This document shows positions 62,798-64,000 of a stretch of 64,000 nt of DNA, one piece after another; position 1 is the stretch's first letter, and each line of letters opens with the position of its first letter. The notes beneath the pieces are model-generated. The model did no database searches. It saw only the letters and a list, made by a program, of their open reading frames with translations, and was not told the origin of the DNA. Position numbers and translations under genes: made by a program. Location of the stretch: assembly GCF_006345805.1 (NCBI RefSeq), contig NC_043000.1, positions 134,788,001-134,852,000 on the forward strand. The letters are read 5' to 3'. Source of the DNA: Octopus sinensis (lineage: Eukaryota).

Positions 62798-64000
62798 TGG
62801 CAGAGAAAAGGCGGAAAAATCTTTGAAGATATGGTTTAACACAACGAATACATTCAGAATATATACTGACAAAATCGTATTAGAAAAGCTAATATTTTAC
62901 TAATTTCATATTATTACAATAATGAAAACAATATAACCAAGGAATGACAAATATCAATGGAACAAGGGAAATAACTTTCAAAGATTATTGTAAAACAAGA
63001 GTTCGGTCCCTTGAATTTCCACCAGCTTCTTGGCAAATACGAACGATCAAAAATCCAGTTCGCAGGTTCAATTTCTGGTTAACCTTACTACTTCTACAGC
63101 ATTTCAAATGTATTACTGTTAATTTCGCCAGAAACGAAATAGTTACCCCATAGTTGGAAGTTGTTATGACGAATTTTTCAATATTGTAAGTGGCGGTAGG
63201 TATTTGTCTGAGAAACACTAATTTAAATAGTTTAAGATATGTGATTGTCACCGACTTACAATCCCCCTCAGCTCTCTTCTCGAACATATATACACGTATC
63301 AATAAATATATGTCTTGACTCTATGAAATTCATTTATGTATATTCCATAATTAAACTTCAATTCCAGCATATACTGTAACATATTTCACCACAAATACAC
63401 GTGCATAAATTTGCATATATACATATATAATACTTAGAAAAGCGCTTTATTATAGTTAATCTGTCTAACGGACACTCTATACTTAGACATCTTTTGAACT
63501 GTATGGATGAATAGACAGGATAAATACTTTGTGAATCACACGTGCCATATAGGTACTAAACATGAGACTATTTTCAAAATCAATGGATTGAATGTAGTAA
63601 ATATTTCTATTTGCACCGCTAATTTCTGGACAATCCTGGTACCAAAAAAGGGACACTATGATTCTATGATGGACGAGCTCTGGGAATGGTCCAACAACCA
63701 AACTGGTCTTTTCAATATCTAGCGTGTGTGTCTTTCCTCGCTACATTATCCAATGTCTCTGTCCTTTAAATTATAGGAAGGTTTGATTTGGTTGTTATTT
63801 CTAGGAGCTCAAGTGCCCACATAGTATCACCTTTGCAACATTGTTATCTTCCATGATGTTTAGTTGCAATTTTTTACTTTGTAAAACCAGCAGACAGTGG
63901 ATAAGATAAAGTAAACACCATAAAAGTCATTTGAGTTGCCACAGAGATGAGAAGACAAGAACAGTTGCTATCTCTGTTTTTAATTTCAACTTGAATTGGT

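Overview
AT-rich, repeat-dense animal genomic DNA. The SINE families resemble those I recall from coleoid cephalopods (Octopus); this is an inference, not a database match. One protein-coding gene is well supported: an RMDN1 (regulator of microtubule dynamics 1 / FAM82B-like, TPR-like helical) orthologue on the + strand. I assembled it by hand from 8 coding exons (36334-51987, 747 nt including stop, 248 aa) with GT-AG introns and consistent phases. A probable non-coding first exon lies in a CpG-retaining region near 21.1-21.4 kb. The rest is mostly mobile DNA: several SINE families, LINE remnants (CR1/L2-like, RTE-like), a maT/Tc1-mariner transposase relic, piggyBac-, hAT- and Tc1/pogo-type MITEs with intact TSDs, two non-autonomous Helitrons and a Penelope-like fragment. 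Nearly all ORFs in the supplied track are repeat-derived noise. I found no convincing new multi-gene system. The best leads are a hammerhead-ribozyme-like motif (9140-9174), a perfect 67-bp inverted repeat inside a split SINE (57378-57557), an orphan exon-like ORF phase-compatible with RMDN1 (62284-62487), the unresolved RMDN1 N-terminus, and inverted SINE pairs that could form dsRNA. SINE and LINE boundaries are approximate; exon, TSD and hairpin coordinates were counted by hand.
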